Notes under the pieces: generated by a model | Database searches by the model: none | What the model saw: the letters and a program-made list of their open reading frames with translations, nothing else | What the model was told of the DNA's origin: nothing | Shown here: positions 52,789-63,955 of the stretch, piece after piece | Layout of the letters: the number at the start of each line of letters is the position of its first letter | Numbering within the stretch: the first letter of the stretch is position 1 | Translations under genes and position numbers: made by a program | Sequence record: NC_041972.1 | Length of the DNA: 64,000 bases | Strand: one strand, 5' to 3'

Positions 52789-55738
52789 TTAAGCTTGACT
52801 TCGCTGAGGTATGCTTCAGGAAGGTGATGGAGATGTCTTCTTTCACCGTTAAGGTTTCATCCGACGCCACATCTACCCGTTTCTTGATGGCACACCGCAT
52901 GGTGTCATCTAATGCGGTCATGACTTTGATGTCACCGTTCACCCCGAGTGCTTTAAACTCGATGTCAACCACATCAGACGTTCGATACGGTTTCAGCGCA
53001 TCAACCAGATCTGTCAGACCAAAGGTCGCCCGGGCAATTACTGCGGCAATCGCCGGACTCACTTTCGCTGACAGGTTGTCACGCAACGAGGTGTTCTTGT
53101 AACCGTTGTCGGTCATGTAGAAGGTTACGTCAAAACCAATCGCGGCGGAGATCTGACGAGACTCTCGTGCATTGGCAATCACATCGATCAAGCCCAGGGT
53201 TTGTTTCGGTCGTAACGACACCGTGGTCTTCTCAAGCAACTGCCGCTTCACCGTGACCATATCTTGCGTCACCCAGTCAACCAGATCAGAGATCACATCA
53301 GTGATGTATGTCTTATCCAGCGGGTTACCGGTAAAGTAGTAGACACCGTCCAGACCCACCACATCGATCTCACGCACCACCACACGTTCATTAAGCGGGA
53401 TAGGGTTACCTTGCTCATCCGACTTAATGTCACCCACCCGATAACGATAGATGATGTTGTTATCAGCGTCATACATGATGTCGCCTTTGGCATGCAGGAT
53501 GATCGGTTGGTTGTTGCTGTCAAACACCAATTGGTTAGTGATCGCATCACGCTGATACACCGTCTCTGCATAACGCCATGGTACATCGACATCGTACTTC
53601 TGATACTCGATGTCAGACACCACTGAACGCGAACGCTGATACAGATAGGTCAGGGCTTTACCCATCACCACATCGTAGGACTGCTCCGTCACCACCACGA
53701 ACTGCTGATCCAGGTAGAAACTCCCCAGCTTCTTATCGCTGTCGCTGTACACCACATCGTTCGGTGATTTGGCCACGGCAATACAGTTCAGCAGGATGAA
53801 GTTCTTTTCCAGTACCGAGCGCAACTTAGACGGCGCATTACCAAACTGACCAAAGGAGGTCAGGATGATCTCGTCCTCGTTGGTGATGTCGAGATTACTG
53901 TCAATGTCAAACTGCCAGACACGTTCGCGGGTTGCTGTCCGACCGATCATCACGCCATTGAGGTAGCCGTAGTTGCTTTCCCCTTCTGGTATGAACAGTA
54001 ACTGACACGCCACATCGCTGTCTGCCAGGTCTTTGTAGTAATCACCTGAACTTGTCACCACGGTTGCTCTAAAGCCATTGGTGGTTTTGGTAAAGGTAAA
54101 ACTGTCCGCCACAAGTTCAACACCGATGGAGTTGTTCTCATAGCTGAATACCCGACCTGCTACAGAAGGACGATCCAGATCATAGACCCGAGTGGTAAAC
54201 GCATCGTTATTCGCATCCAACACCATGTAGAAAGGTGAGAACATGAACACGTTGTTGTTGACCGTCAAGGCACGACTGTCTAATCCCGCACCGTTGATCG
54301 TAGCCAGCTCCGCATCGGATACCATGTTGTAGATGCCGTTGACCAACCGGTATAAGGCGGTCGGGGTGATAGTGATGCGATTGCCGTTATCACGCACTGC
54401 GGTATTACTGACCAACTGCAACATCGATGACTGCAGGGTAATGATCCCGGTACCGGCCGGCGTGTTGATACCAGACTTGTTGGTCTGCGGATTCAGCGAC
54501 CGGGTCGCATGGTAAATACGTTGCGTCACTGTGTCTTCTGATTTCAATGCCCCGTAGCCTAAATCGACCAGGGTTTGTGAGACCTGCGCTTCAGTAATCG
54601 GTAAGACCGTTTTGTTGGCCGAATAGATCACCGCTTCACGCAACGCTTCAACACTGAGACCGTTCACCCCACCGCTGACACCGCTGCTGATCGACATGGT
54701 CTTTTCATTAAAGACGGTCAATGGGGTAGAGTACTTATCCAACACCCGATCTTCGTAATTGAAGTCACGGTAGACCGCACTGATCGAAGAAGACTGCAGC
54801 GCCAGGGTTTCGATAACCAGGTTACCTTTACTGGTGTAGACATCTGCCCGCACCTGACGACCTACTGCCAGATTGTTGGAGATGTAGATTTCCGGTAACA
54901 CAACCTTCACTGAGTCTTCTAACACCTGGGCGACGAAGGTCAGCTTGGTGTTGTCATAGACCAGGTCATCATGGGTGACGTACGCCTCTTCCCACTCATC
55001 GGTCACATTCGCCCGCGTAAAGACGCGCAGGTAATAGAACTGATCACCTTTTAATGGATAGGTATTGCGATACCCACTCATGCTGGTAATCTGACCGTAA
55101 TAAGGCTGGGCTTTGAACTGACGTAAAGGTACCGTGATGTAGAGCAGTTCAACCCCGTTGAAGATCGCAGTCCGCCAGGTTAACTGGTTGGTTTCAACCG
55201 TCAGGAGTGGGCTGGGTTGCGACACATCGTACACCACCACAAAGCCGCCATGTTTCATCACTCGGATTTCAATCGGATACTCCAGACTGAAGGTGACATC
55301 CATCACTGTGATTTCCGTGTTGCGTGGAATCACCATCTTCGAGTAGATGCTGTCGATGTCATCGCTGCCACTGCTGTCGAGTTGCACTGCTCGTGCCCGA
55401 ATCTCATCGGCATTGAAAATGAAGTTGGTGGTGATACGCGACGGAGTACAGAAACGGTTCTTGTAATCCTCATCACTCATGTTGCGATACAGATCTTCAT
55501 ACGTCCGCGCCATCTTCGGGTAGTACGCCGTATAAAGGTCTTCATGGTTTTGCATCACTGCTGAACCGGTCAGGGCAACCAGCTCAAAAGCAAACATCGC
55601 AGGGTTGGTGGCATTCATGATATCAATCGTGCCGTCCATGTTTTGGTCTAACAGATCGAGTGTGTAGTCCATCATCAACGATGGATCATTACGCAGGTCG
55701 ATCATTTTCTGTTTACGTACGTCGATGCTGTCGCTCAT
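52781..55738 (-). CDS. Large baseplate wedge-like virion protein (phiKZ gp87-like)
   Basis: 985 aa, beta-rich; YPKMA.TYEDLYRNMSD, GG.NGLSVEALRE.VI motifs like gp6/gpJ-type wedge proteins; reverse-strand pair position. Confidence 0.65.
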   Translation of the reverse strand: MSDSIDVRKQKMIDLRNDPSLMMDYTLDLLDQNMDGTIDIMNATNPAMFAFELVALTGSAVMQNHEDLYTAYYPKMARTYEDLYRNMSDEDYKNRFCTPSRITTNFIFNADEIRARAVQLDSSGSDDIDSIYSKMVIPRNTEITVMDVTFSLEYPIEIRVMKHGGFVVVYDVSQPSPLLTVETNQLTWRTAIFNGVELLYITVPLRQFKAQPYYGQITSMSGYRNTYPLKGDQFYYLRVFTRANVTDEWEEAYVTHDDLVYDNTKLTFVAQVLEDSVKVVLPEIYISNNLAVGRQVRADVYTSKGNLVIETLALQSSSISAVYRDFNYEDRVLDKYSTPLTVFNEKTMSISSGVSGGVNGLSVEALREAVIYSANKTVLPITEAQVSQTLVDLGYGALKSEDTVTQRIYHATRSLNPQTNKSGINTPAGTGIITLQSSMLQLVSNTAVRDNGNRITITPTALYRLVNGIYNMVSDAELATINGAGLDSRALTVNNNVFMFSPFYMVLDANNDAFTTRVYDLDRPSVAGRVFSYENNSIGVELVADSFTFTKTTNGFRATVVTSSGDYYKDLADSDVACQLLFIPEGESNYGYLNGVMIGRTATRERVWQFDIDSNLDITNEDEIILTSFGQFGNAPSKLRSVLEKNFILLNCIAVAKSPNDVVYSDSDKKLGSFYLDQQFVVVTEQSYDVVMGKALTYLYQRSRSVVSDIEYQKYDVDVPWRYAETVYQRDAITNQLVFDSNNQPIILHAKGDIMYDADNNIIYRYRVGDIKSDEQGNPIPLNERVVVREIDVVGLDGVYYFTGNPLDKTYITDVISDLVDWVTQDMVTVKRQLLEKTTVSLRPKQTLGLIDVIANARESRQISAAIGFDVTFYMTDNGYKNTSLRDNLSAKVSPAIAAVIARATFGLTDLVDALKPYRTSDVVDIEFKALGVNGDIKVMTALDDTMRCAIKKRVDVASDETLTVKEDISITFLKHTSAKSSLTA

Positions 55739-55747
55739 CGTAGCCTC

Positions 55748-56773
55748 TTATTTTTGATCCTTCGGAACCCACCACTGGAATTCGTTCGTCATCACGTCGA
55801 TATAAGGATAACCAATAAAGTTGTAGCGCTGCATTTCACCCGGGGAGATTTTGCGGAAGAACGTGTTACGGTTCGCGGCTTTCATCTGCGGGTTAAATAA
55901 CTCGACACAACTGTTGAAATCCAGGATCAGGGATTGCGTGTTATAGCGCCAGCCCACACACTGCCAGTTACAACTGATTTGGTTATTGTTCTTGATCAGT
56001 GGGGTGTCTTTGGTGGTGCCAAAGTCAAACGCATTACCAATCGGGTTGGTGGTACAGATTGCTGCGTAGGGTGCACCGATCTTCGTCACATAGCGTGAAG
56101 TCTGATCCAGGATGATGCGATAGAAGCGCATGGTGTAATCAATATAGTTGTTAACAATGGCGTCCCAATAGGGAACCATGTCGCCAAGGTATACCGATGA
56201 GCTGTACGTTTGCAGCAGATCCAGGATCATGGTGATCGGGTCACCTGAGATGTTGGTGTGCGTTGATGTCACCTGATAGGCTTCATTAAACTCCGACTGA
56301 CCATCAACCATCGACCAGGTTTCTTTACGTGAGCCTGGTGGTGCAGTAAAGGTATCAATCACGATATCGGGAAAACCGGTCATCGATTCCAGGGTGTTTG
56401 ATAAAATGGACACGAAGGCCTGTTGGTTATCAAACAGTCTGGAGTAGCTTTTTCGATCAATTGTACCGGTCGCATCAAACATCGAACGGATCGCACCTGG
56501 GATCGTATCAGCGTTGTTTGAAGCAAGCGAAAGCAGCTTTTCTTGTCGATTCAGATTATCGTATGACAGGTTAAGGATTGGGCGTGTGAAAAAGGTATAC
56601 CCCATGACGTCTTTGTTGATGGGTAGAAAGGCGCTACGGTTACTGAATTTGTTCAAACCCCAATAGTTATGCGCAAGCGATGAGGTTACACTACCATACC
56701 CGGACTCCCTTGCAGCCGAGTCAATACTCTCGGTCCACAACCCAGGATTGTAGTCGTCATTGTCATTGGCCAT
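55748..56773 (-). CDS. Tail tube-like/baseplate protein (phiKZ gp88-like)
   Basis: GYTFFTRPILNL, LSNTLESMTGFPD, DYTMRFYRIILD pattern; GAGGTG RBS. Confidence 0.6.
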   Translation of the reverse strand: MANDNDDYNPGLWTESIDSAARESGYGSVTSSLAHNYWGLNKFSNRSAFLPINKDVMGYTFFTRPILNLSYDNLNRQEKLLSLASNNADTIPGAIRSMFDATGTIDRKSYSRLFDNQQAFVSILSNTLESMTGFPDIVIDTFTAPPGSRKETWSMVDGQSEFNEAYQVTSTHTNISGDPITMILDLLQTYSSSVYLGDMVPYWDAIVNNYIDYTMRFYRIILDQTSRYVTKIGAPYAAICTTNPIGNAFDFGTTKDTPLIKNNNQISCNWQCVGWRYNTQSLILDFNSCVELFNPQMKAANRNTFFRKISPGEMQRYNFIGYPYIDVMTNEFQWWVPKDQK

Positions 56774-56826
56774 TACTCATCACCTCTTTGAAATAGAATA
56801 TCCGTTGAATCCATAGGAGTACTTTT

Positions 56827-57993
56827 ATGTTACCATTAGTTACGGGGGCGATTACACTGGCCAGTTCGCTTGCGCTTGTCGCCGAACGTATTCTGGCAGC
56901 CAAGAAAGCTGCTGGTGAAGTCGCTGGTACTGTTGACAATACGTTGGCCACGTTAGGCCAGATGGGCACACGTGATTTGGTAACCTTTACCAAAGTGACC
57001 CGCATGGAACCTCTGGTGTTGTTAGATGATCGTTTGAAGTTTGATCCTTCGACCCCGGAGATCCTGCAAGTACTGACCAGTTTGATTGCCGGCTACTATA
57101 CCCAGGCGTTTGCCCTGCTGGGCCAGGTCGACGGTATTGACGTCATTGGCACCCTGGATAAGCTGAACCCGTCACGTACTGGTATTGGCCTGAACAACTT
57201 TGAAGGTGATCTTGAGAAAGACGGCCTCCATAAATTTAGTAACCAGTCAAATACCCCTCTCTATAGTATCGGGCTGGAAGCACTGACTGAAGTGCAGAGC
57301 GCCGAGAACAAGCCGGTTAAAATCCAGACCGATAAAAATGTCGTGGCTGATATTTCGGCACCGACTAACCTGGCGCTGGGTAAGATGATCAAGGTGACCT
57401 TGTCAGCTAATGGCAACACCATCGAGATCCCAATCACCATCCGTGTGAAACCTGTCACCACCGGTAGCGATGCCGTTACAGCGATCCTGGCCATCGGTAC
57501 CACGAAGAACACCGTGGCTGAGCGCTGGAACCGTTTCAAAGCTGGTGAGCTGACCTTCACTAACCTGGCCACTGGCGATGACGTGATTCGTCAACACAAG
57601 AAGATCCTGGTGCAGGATACCTCTGGCTTCTATGCCGAGATCACCCGCCGTGCCCGTGGTAATGCGAAGAAAGGTGCCCTGTCCGGTAACCTGTCGCTGG
57701 CTACGGATTCTAACGTGGTAATGATCTCTTCAGCCACGGCGCTGGATGTGGGTCGTGAGCTTGGTGGTGAGCTGTCCAACTTCCGTATCCGTGAAGCGAT
57801 GTTCGCCAAGGTGTACTCTAACATGCTGATCATCGTGGATGACCTGCGTGGCATGGTCTCCTTCTACTACCGCGGTGAGTCATTGCCAAACGTGCTGTCG
57901 CTGCAGGATATCAAACTGTATAACAAAGGCAGCGGTCCAGACATCATGTCGATCTTCAGTGCGTTTGCTGAAAACAAAATCCCTTCCCTTTAA
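56827..57993 (+). CDS. Inner head protein (phiKZ gp89-like)
   Basis: AGGAG RBS; IGLE|AL site; LALGKMIKVTL..NG..IEIPITIR. Confidence 0.65.
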   Translation: MLPLVTGAITLASSLALVAERILAAKKAAGEVAGTVDNTLATLGQMGTRDLVTFTKVTRMEPLVLLDDRLKFDPSTPEILQVLTSLIAGYYTQAFALLGQVDGIDVIGTLDKLNPSRTGIGLNNFEGDLEKDGLHKFSNQSNTPLYSIGLEALTEVQSAENKPVKIQTDKNVVADISAPTNLALGKMIKVTLSANGNTIEIPITIRVKPVTTGSDAVTAILAIGTTKNTVAERWNRFKAGELTFTNLATGDDVIRQHKKILVQDTSGFYAEITRRARGNAKKGALSGNLSLATDSNVVMISSATALDVGRELGGELSNFRIREAMFAKVYSNMLIIVDDLRGMVSFYYRGESLPNVLSLQDIKLYNKGSGPDIMSIFSAFAENKIPSL

Positions 57994-58005
57994 GGATCTC
58001 GTTCG

Positions 58006-58899
58006 ATGAACATTTTTAACTACGTCAAAGGCCTGATTGGTACGGTTGACAAACGCGATGTCCTAAGCGAGATCGATGCCCTGCGTGATGAGCTCACCCG
58101 GTTCACCATTAACAACTATGCGAAAGCCATGGATGTTAATGTCAACACCGACGGCAGTAATTACTACGTAAAACAGATCAGCCGTGAATTCGCGAAAGTG
58201 AAACAGGTTGAAGGTTTACGTGGTCAGAACCTGATCGCTCAAACGTACATCTCCTTAAAGCAGCTGACCCTGACCCTGGAGTGGATGCGCAAACAGGTTG
58301 AGCGTGAGTACGGCGGTCGTATTGCCCGCGAAGCCGTTGACTTTAAACAAGCCAACTTCCTGCGCTATATCGACTCGATCGACTTCTACCTGCGTTACGC
58401 TCGCTCCATGCTGCTCGTGGTGACGTCCCTGAATGCTAACCCATCAGCGGATATCACCAAAGGCTTCACGGTGCATGAGATCCGTTTCCTGACCGATACT
58501 GCTGTGCACTTCATCTACCTGACCTCGCTGTTCTCACAGCCGGTGAGCGTGACTGAGAAAGTGTTCGATGCGGTGCCATCGGTTGTGGTCTCCGATGCGG
58601 ATCAGCAAGCGATCGAAGCAGTACTGGGTAACAAGACCGATGTGGCGAGGTCTAACTTCATCCCACTGGGTTACAACCCGTTCTTCCTGATTGGTCGTCT
58701 GCGTGCTGAACGTCGTGTGAAACGCCTGCGGGCAGCTGAAGCGGCAGCCATTGCCACTGAGCTGACCTTGAGCAAGCTCATGGACAAACAAGCAGGCGGG
58801 TCAGAAGACCCCACCATTCAGAAACAAATTGATCATTATCAGAATCAGTTGAACCGACTGAACTTTGAGATCGATCAGATCAAATCCGAAGTCGAGTAA
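58006..58899 (+). CDS. Inner head protein (phiKZ gp90-like)
   Basis: AAGGA RBS; follows gp89-like; YNPFFLIG and C-terminal coiled coil. Confidence 0.65.
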   Translation: MNIFNYVKGLIGTVDKRDVLSEIDALRDELTRFTINNYAKAMDVNVNTDGSNYYVKQISREFAKVKQVEGLRGQNLIAQTYISLKQLTLTLEWMRKQVEREYGGRIAREAVDFKQANFLRYIDSIDFYLRYARSMLLVVTSLNANPSADITKGFTVHEIRFLTDTAVHFIYLTSLFSQPVSVTEKVFDAVPSVVVSDADQQAIEAVLGNKTDVARSNFIPLGYNPFFLIGRLRAERRVKRLRAAEAAAIATELTLSKLMDKQAGGSEDPTIQKQIDHYQNQLNRLNFEIDQIKSEVE

Positions 58900-58909
58900 G
58901 GAGTCCGTC

Positions 58910-59449
58910 ATGGCAGATCGTGTTAGTACCGGTGCAGAGATTATCTACGGCACCGGCTTTACCTCCCATGGCGGTCCAGGACAGCAAGGTGTAAAGATCA
59001 ACGTCGACAACAACGTCATTGATCTTTACCAGCGTTTGGCAGGCAACATCACGCTCGCCGGTAACTTTAACTTCCGAAAAGAAGTGTGTGTTACTGCTGC
59101 ACGACTGTTACTGCCATTGCCAAACTGGCTCCTGGCCACCCGTAGCAATTACCTGCACTCCAAACACGCGCTGCTGTTCGCCCGTGACCTGGGGTTGATT
59201 GCAATGGGTAAGAGTCCGGACATGAGTGTGATGACGCGCATGCGTCTGTTTTCACCCAGTTCTGTGAAGTCCAACCCGGGTGAGCTGAATGCGTCGAATT
59301 ACGATGCACTCTCGTTGATCCCTAATAAGTTCATTGATGAGCTGCGTACCTATTCCAACGGTACACAGCTGGCTAACCTGACCCGCGACGCACAGCATGT
59401 GAAAGACCTGGTCACGTCATTATATGTCATGTTTGGTTCTGTTGAATAA
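58910..59449 (+). CDS. Virion head-associated protein
   Basis: AAGGAG RBS before ATG 58910. Confidence 0.65.
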   Translation: MADRVSTGAEIIYGTGFTSHGGPGQQGVKINVDNNVIDLYQRLAGNITLAGNFNFRKEVCVTAARLLLPLPNWLLATRSNYLHSKHALLFARDLGLIAMGKSPDMSVMTRMRLFSPSSVKSNPGELNASNYDALSLIPNKFIDELRTYSNGTQLANLTRDAQHVKDLVTSLYVMFGSVE

Positions 59450-59486
59450 CAGGCCTCAAAATCGGAATGTAGAGGATACGTAAAAA

Positions 59487-61076
59487 ATGAGTAAAGCATA
59501 CCTCCATACCCTGCTGACTGCAGGTAATGAAGCGTTTGATGCAGCCGGCGAACCAGTGGGTGTGACTGTGGTTGATGCCCCGATCGAAGTGCCTGTTGTT
59601 GCAGACCCAGCAGTTGAGCCAGAAGCCCCAGCGGTAACTGACGCGCCGGTGGTTACGCAGGACCCGGTTGAGCCTGATCCAGAACCAGCAGCGGTCGTCG
59701 TTGCCATCAACGAAGATGAGAAAGAGCTGGTCATTGCGTCTACTGAAGCGGCTGCGGCCGAAGTGGTTGTGATCGAATCTGATTGCGCGCTGGAAGAAGT
59801 CGAAGACCTGCTCGACGACCAGATCCAGGTTGTAGCGGAAACTGAAAACATCGTCGCCTCTATGGAATCGTTCGTCGGTTCTGCGATGACCATGCAGGAT
59901 GCGCAAGCCCTGCAGCAGTGGGTGCATAACGCCACCCGTGGTCAGTATGACCAAGCTAAAGTTGTCGGCTCTCTGGAAGCGTTCGGTAACGACGTCTCTA
60001 CCGATGATGCGCTGAACGCTGGCCTGGAAGGGATCGGTGAGTTCCTGAAAGCCGCCCGTAACAAAGCAGCTGATCTGCGTAAAGTCATGGTTGCGCGCTG
60101 GAACGCATTCTTCAAAGATGTGTTCGTGGGCTTTGATAAAGTCGCACGTCGTGCTGATGCGCTGGGTAAACTGGCGAAAGGTACTTCAGGCGAATCCAAT
60201 TCCTCTACTATTCAGCTGCCGCTGGATACAGCCTGGCGTCTGGTGAAAGATGGTAAGGTTTCTCAGAACCTGCCGAAAGATCTGGGTGACCTGGGTAAAT
60301 TTGCCAAGGCGGTCTTTAAAGACAACCCGGAAGCGCTGCTGGTTCATCGTAAGAAACTGGTTGACATCGCTGTTCGTCTGTCTACTGCTGACTATGACGA
60401 CGCGCTGAAGATCGGCAAAGAGCTGGTGAACTTCGAACTGCCAAGCGTTGGCGTGTGCAAAACCAAAGTGGTCAACAACTCCAACACGGTTGATGTGTAT
60501 CGCTCTGATGAGTTCCTGGGTGCGCTGTCTATTTTCTATTGCAAACCTGTTGACAAAATCAATGCGCAGTTACCACTGCCGCGTCAGCTGTCTGACAAGT
60601 TCAACTCCATCATTGCGATCGATGTGAGCGTGTCTGAAACCGGTAAGAAAACACCGAAGCTGGATGTCTCTATTGATACCCTGCAGCCGGCTGAAATCGC
60701 CAAAGTGGCTGATGATGTTAACGCTATCCTGGGTGACATCCGTCAGTACCGCACCAACTACGGCGAGTGGTATGCGGCGAACAGCGATCTGGATCGTGTG
60801 ATCGGTATCCTGGCGAACGTACCGTGGTCTGGCGATGCTGGCACCACTACTGTCGACAGCACCACTGATGCCGAGGGTAATACCTCAACCATCGTGAACA
60901 TCATCGGTCTGAACCGTGACCTGGCGGATGTGATTGAAGGCATGCATGACATGTATAGCTACCTGTCTGTAAGCCCGATCCGTGTCCTGTCTGCTGAACT
61001 GCTGCCAATCCTGAACCGTGCACTGGAAGTGGGTGAACGTTCTCTGGCAACCTACAGCGACAACAACCTGGCGTAA
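59487..61076 (+). CDS. Inner body/ejection protein, phiKZ gp93-family paralog 1
   Basis: AGNE|AF near the N-terminus, Pro/Val/Glu-rich propeptide, SLE|AF and AGLE|GIGEF sites. Confidence 0.75.
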   Translation: MSKAYLHTLLTAGNEAFDAAGEPVGVTVVDAPIEVPVVADPAVEPEAPAVTDAPVVTQDPVEPDPEPAAVVVAINEDEKELVIASTEAAAAEVVVIESDCALEEVEDLLDDQIQVVAETENIVASMESFVGSAMTMQDAQALQQWVHNATRGQYDQAKVVGSLEAFGNDVSTDDALNAGLEGIGEFLKAARNKAADLRKVMVARWNAFFKDVFVGFDKVARRADALGKLAKGTSGESNSSTIQLPLDTAWRLVKDGKVSQNLPKDLGDLGKFAKAVFKDNPEALLVHRKKLVDIAVRLSTADYDDALKIGKELVNFELPSVGVCKTKVVNNSNTVDVYRSDEFLGALSIFYCKPVDKINAQLPLPRQLSDKFNSIIAIDVSVSETGKKTPKLDVSIDTLQPAEIAKVADDVNAILGDIRQYRTNYGEWYAANSDLDRVIGILANVPWSGDAGTTTVDSTTDAEGNTSTIVNIIGLNRDLADVIEGMHDMYSYLSVSPIRVLSAELLPILNRALEVGERSLATYSDNNLA

Positions 61077-61094
61077 CCGTCATAAGGCAAAGAG

Positions 61095-62480
61095 ATGTCT
61101 TTACACCAAAAGCTCCTCTCTGCCGGGCTGGAGGCGTTTGACGCGCCTCCGGCTGCCCCGGTAGTAGCGGCAGTAGTACCTGCTCCATTTGATAACAACG
61201 CCCCGGTTAGCGAAGACCCGGAACTGATTCGTGAAGAGACTGCTGCCCGTTTAGCGCTCGTGTCGATCATCGAAGCGGAACGTGACGAAGAAGACTCTCG
61301 GTCTGCGGTTTATGAACTGCGTCGTCTGTCTGATGGTTTGGAAGGGTTGATGGTTGAGATTCAAAACGTCAACAACCCAGAAGAACCGACTGAAGACGAA
61401 ATGGCGATGTTGAAAGCCACCGCCCAGCAAGTACGTAAAGAGCTGCTGGAAGATGGTGAGCAAGAACTCGTCATCAATGTCGAAAACGGCATTCTGGTTG
61501 GTTCACAGGAAGGCCTGGCTGACGCCCTCAGTAATGTGGCGAAGAAGATCGGTTTTGCATTAGGTAATGCCGCGAAAGGTTTACTGAGCAAAGGCGAGCA
61601 GGCGAAAGCGCCGTTGTCTTATAACCGTAAACTGACAGCTGAACTGAAAGCGAAAATCGATAAGCTCGGCACGACTGAATTTGACTTTACCATGCCAGCT
61701 GATCTGGTCCGTCAGATTCGTGTGAGCGATACCGGTCCGGTTGATGCACTCAAAGCAGTAGCAGACTTCCCAGCAGCACTTGATGCCTGGTATCTGACCC
61801 CTGCTGATGCAGCAATGAACCTGTTTGAAAAACACGCCAACATCGTGCAGGCGATTGCCGGTAGCAAGACTCTCGAAGAGTTCAACACGAACTATGCGAA
61901 GCTCGGCTCCCTAACACCACCACTTCCTGCGGGCGCTAAACGTCTTGATCCGATTAACACGCGGGATTATATCTTCGATGTTAGTGAACATCACCCAAGC
62001 ATGGGTCGTGTGGCTCGCTACTATTATGTTGCGCGTCCGGATGTGGGTAAAACGCCTGAAGATAAAGCGCTGGATAATGTCATTGCTTTGGCGCAGTATT
62101 CGACCGGGATCTATCCGTTCGATAAGATCTCTAAACGTAAAGCAACTGATGAGCAGGTGAAGTTCAGTGCGGCTGAAGTCAAAGGCTTGCTGGATGACAT
62201 GCTGAAAGCGTGTGACGTGGTTGATAAGTACCTTTCACGTCTTGCAGTCGCCAGCACAATGGATAAGCGCTACAACGCTCTGGTTGATTTACTCAATAGC
62301 GACTTGCGTAAACAAGAGTGGTGTTCCACAGAAGTCAACCGCATGGCACGCGTTGCGTTGATTTCAATGGATGCGTATTATTCGTACGGGTTTGCTTATA
62401 CCAGCCGTGCTTACGAACTGATGGATGTGATCGTCAAGTTGGTGAAGAAAGCCGTGTATAAATCTGACCTCAGTAAGTAA
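61095..62480 (+). CDS. Inner body/ejection protein, gp93-family paralog 2
   Basis: AGLE|AF near the N-terminus; GSQE|GLADAL. Confidence 0.75.
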   Translation: MSLHQKLLSAGLEAFDAPPAAPVVAAVVPAPFDNNAPVSEDPELIREETAARLALVSIIEAERDEEDSRSAVYELRRLSDGLEGLMVEIQNVNNPEEPTEDEMAMLKATAQQVRKELLEDGEQELVINVENGILVGSQEGLADALSNVAKKIGFALGNAAKGLLSKGEQAKAPLSYNRKLTAELKAKIDKLGTTEFDFTMPADLVRQIRVSDTGPVDALKAVADFPAALDAWYLTPADAAMNLFEKHANIVQAIAGSKTLEEFNTNYAKLGSLTPPLPAGAKRLDPINTRDYIFDVSEHHPSMGRVARYYYVARPDVGKTPEDKALDNVIALAQYSTGIYPFDKISKRKATDEQVKFSAAEVKGLLDDMLKACDVVDKYLSRLAVASTMDKRYNALVDLLNSDLRKQEWCSTEVNRMARVALISMDAYYSYGFAYTSRAYELMDVIVKLVKKAVYKSDLSK

Positions 62481-62491
62481 ACGGAGAAAAC

Positions 62492-63862
62492 ATGTCCGCG
62501 ATTAATGACTTTCTATTTACTGCGGGCATGGAGGGGTTTAACGACCCCTCCTCTATACCGCCCGTTGGTATAGTTGTGCCCTTTTTTGGTGTTGAAGAGT
62601 TCGCTGAAGCGGATGCTGAACAATCTGTACGTATGACAGAGATGAACCAGCAAGCTGAAGCAATTCAACGTCTGCAACAAACGCTGGTCTACATCAACGC
62701 TCACCGCCCAACCTTTGACCGTGAGAACGCCGCTGTCGTGCAGCAAGCGCTGGGTGAAGTACAGGTACTGATGCCTGACATGGAAGACCCGGTCACCATC
62801 ATGGGGTCGCTGGAGCATTATACCCCGGCTTACACCAACCACTTGCTTGCGCACGGTATTGAAGGCATTGGTGATAAGATCCTGAGCGTGGTCAAGAAGA
62901 TCATCGAACTCTTGAAGAAAGGTTATGCCTTCTTGAGTAAAGCCATCCAGGCAAAGGGTGTGGTCTTCGGTAAACAGAAGCGCGAACTCGATGAGCTCAA
63001 TGCATGGTTTAAAGATCAACGCAAAAGCAACGATAAACCCGCTACCACCACCGGTAATGAACCTAAGGTTGTTACGGTCACTGCCCCGACCTATCTGTAC
63101 ACCGTCGACAGTAACAAACCGTTAGCGGCGGATCGCTTAGCAAGCGAAGTGGCGAAGTACAACAAATTCCTGCAGGCCTTCTCGGTTGATTTCATCCGGG
63201 CGCATATTACCCTGGGTGATCTCTATATTCGTGCACTGGGCAGTCTGGATATCGCCAGCACCAGTAACGAAGAGTTGTTCACCAAGATGTTTAAGGGTCA
63301 GTTTAAATACCAGGCCTCGGGTGCATCGCTGTACACCAAACGCAACGGCGAGATGTGTGATATCGAAACAGTCGGGTTGATTGGCGGGATTGGCTTTAAA
63401 GCCTCCATCGCGAATATCCTGGTCGCACCGCTTGAGATGACTGCAGACGGTTCTAACCAGCGTAAGTTCTTCAAGCAGATGAACGGGTTATACAACTACA
63501 GTTTTGTCTCCAAAATAAAAATGGATGGCAGTACGGTAGGGAATACCCCAATCTATGCTTGCAGTCTCGCTGACGCTGAGCGGTTGGTGAATCAACTTGA
63601 TATGTTGACCAACTGGATGATTAACAGTCAACACGACGAAGAGATCCGTGACTTTAATAAGCGGGTGACTGAGTGTGTGGATAAGCTGGCTGATCGTGCC
63701 GGTCGTCTGGGTAATGACCGCAGTGATTTTATCACTACTGTGATCAACGCCTTGTCTGGTATCTCCAGTGGTCTGGAAAATGTGTCTCGTGGCATGAATC
63801 AGCAAACGAACACATTGATCAACAACTTGCGTGAGTACGTTACCAAATCCACGAAAGCGTAA
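62492..63862 (+). CDS. Inner body/ejection protein, gp93-family paralog 3
   Basis: AGME|GF near the N-terminus; SLE|H and HGIE|GIGDKI...IIELLKK. Confidence 0.75.
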   Translation: MSAINDFLFTAGMEGFNDPSSIPPVGIVVPFFGVEEFAEADAEQSVRMTEMNQQAEAIQRLQQTLVYINAHRPTFDRENAAVVQQALGEVQVLMPDMEDPVTIMGSLEHYTPAYTNHLLAHGIEGIGDKILSVVKKIIELLKKGYAFLSKAIQAKGVVFGKQKRELDELNAWFKDQRKSNDKPATTTGNEPKVVTVTAPTYLYTVDSNKPLAADRLASEVAKYNKFLQAFSVDFIRAHITLGDLYIRALGSLDIASTSNEELFTKMFKGQFKYQASGASLYTKRNGEMCDIETVGLIGGIGFKASIANILVAPLEMTADGSNQRKFFKQMNGLYNYSFVSKIKMDGSTVGNTPIYACSLADAERLVNQLDMLTNWMINSQHDEEIRDFNKRVTECVDKLADRAGRLGNDRSDFITTVINALSGISSGLENVSRGMNQQTNTLINNLREYVTKSTKA

Positions 63863-63880
63863 ATTATTATATGTGTTAAC

Positions 63881-63903
63881 GGCCCTGCAGGAAACGCGGG
63901 GCC
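63881..63903 (+). terminator. Hairpin after head-protein gene
   Basis: GGCCCTGC-aggaaac-GCGGGGCC followed by TTATCAC. Confidence 0.45.
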
Positions 63904-63955
63904 TTATCACAATACGATCGTATTTAATTTCATGAAATTAAGGTAGAGACTCACT

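Noticed and set aside
59456-59935. 159-aa Ser/Thr-rich antisense ORF
   Set aside because: Mirror of the Pro/Val/Glu propeptide codons of 59487..61076.
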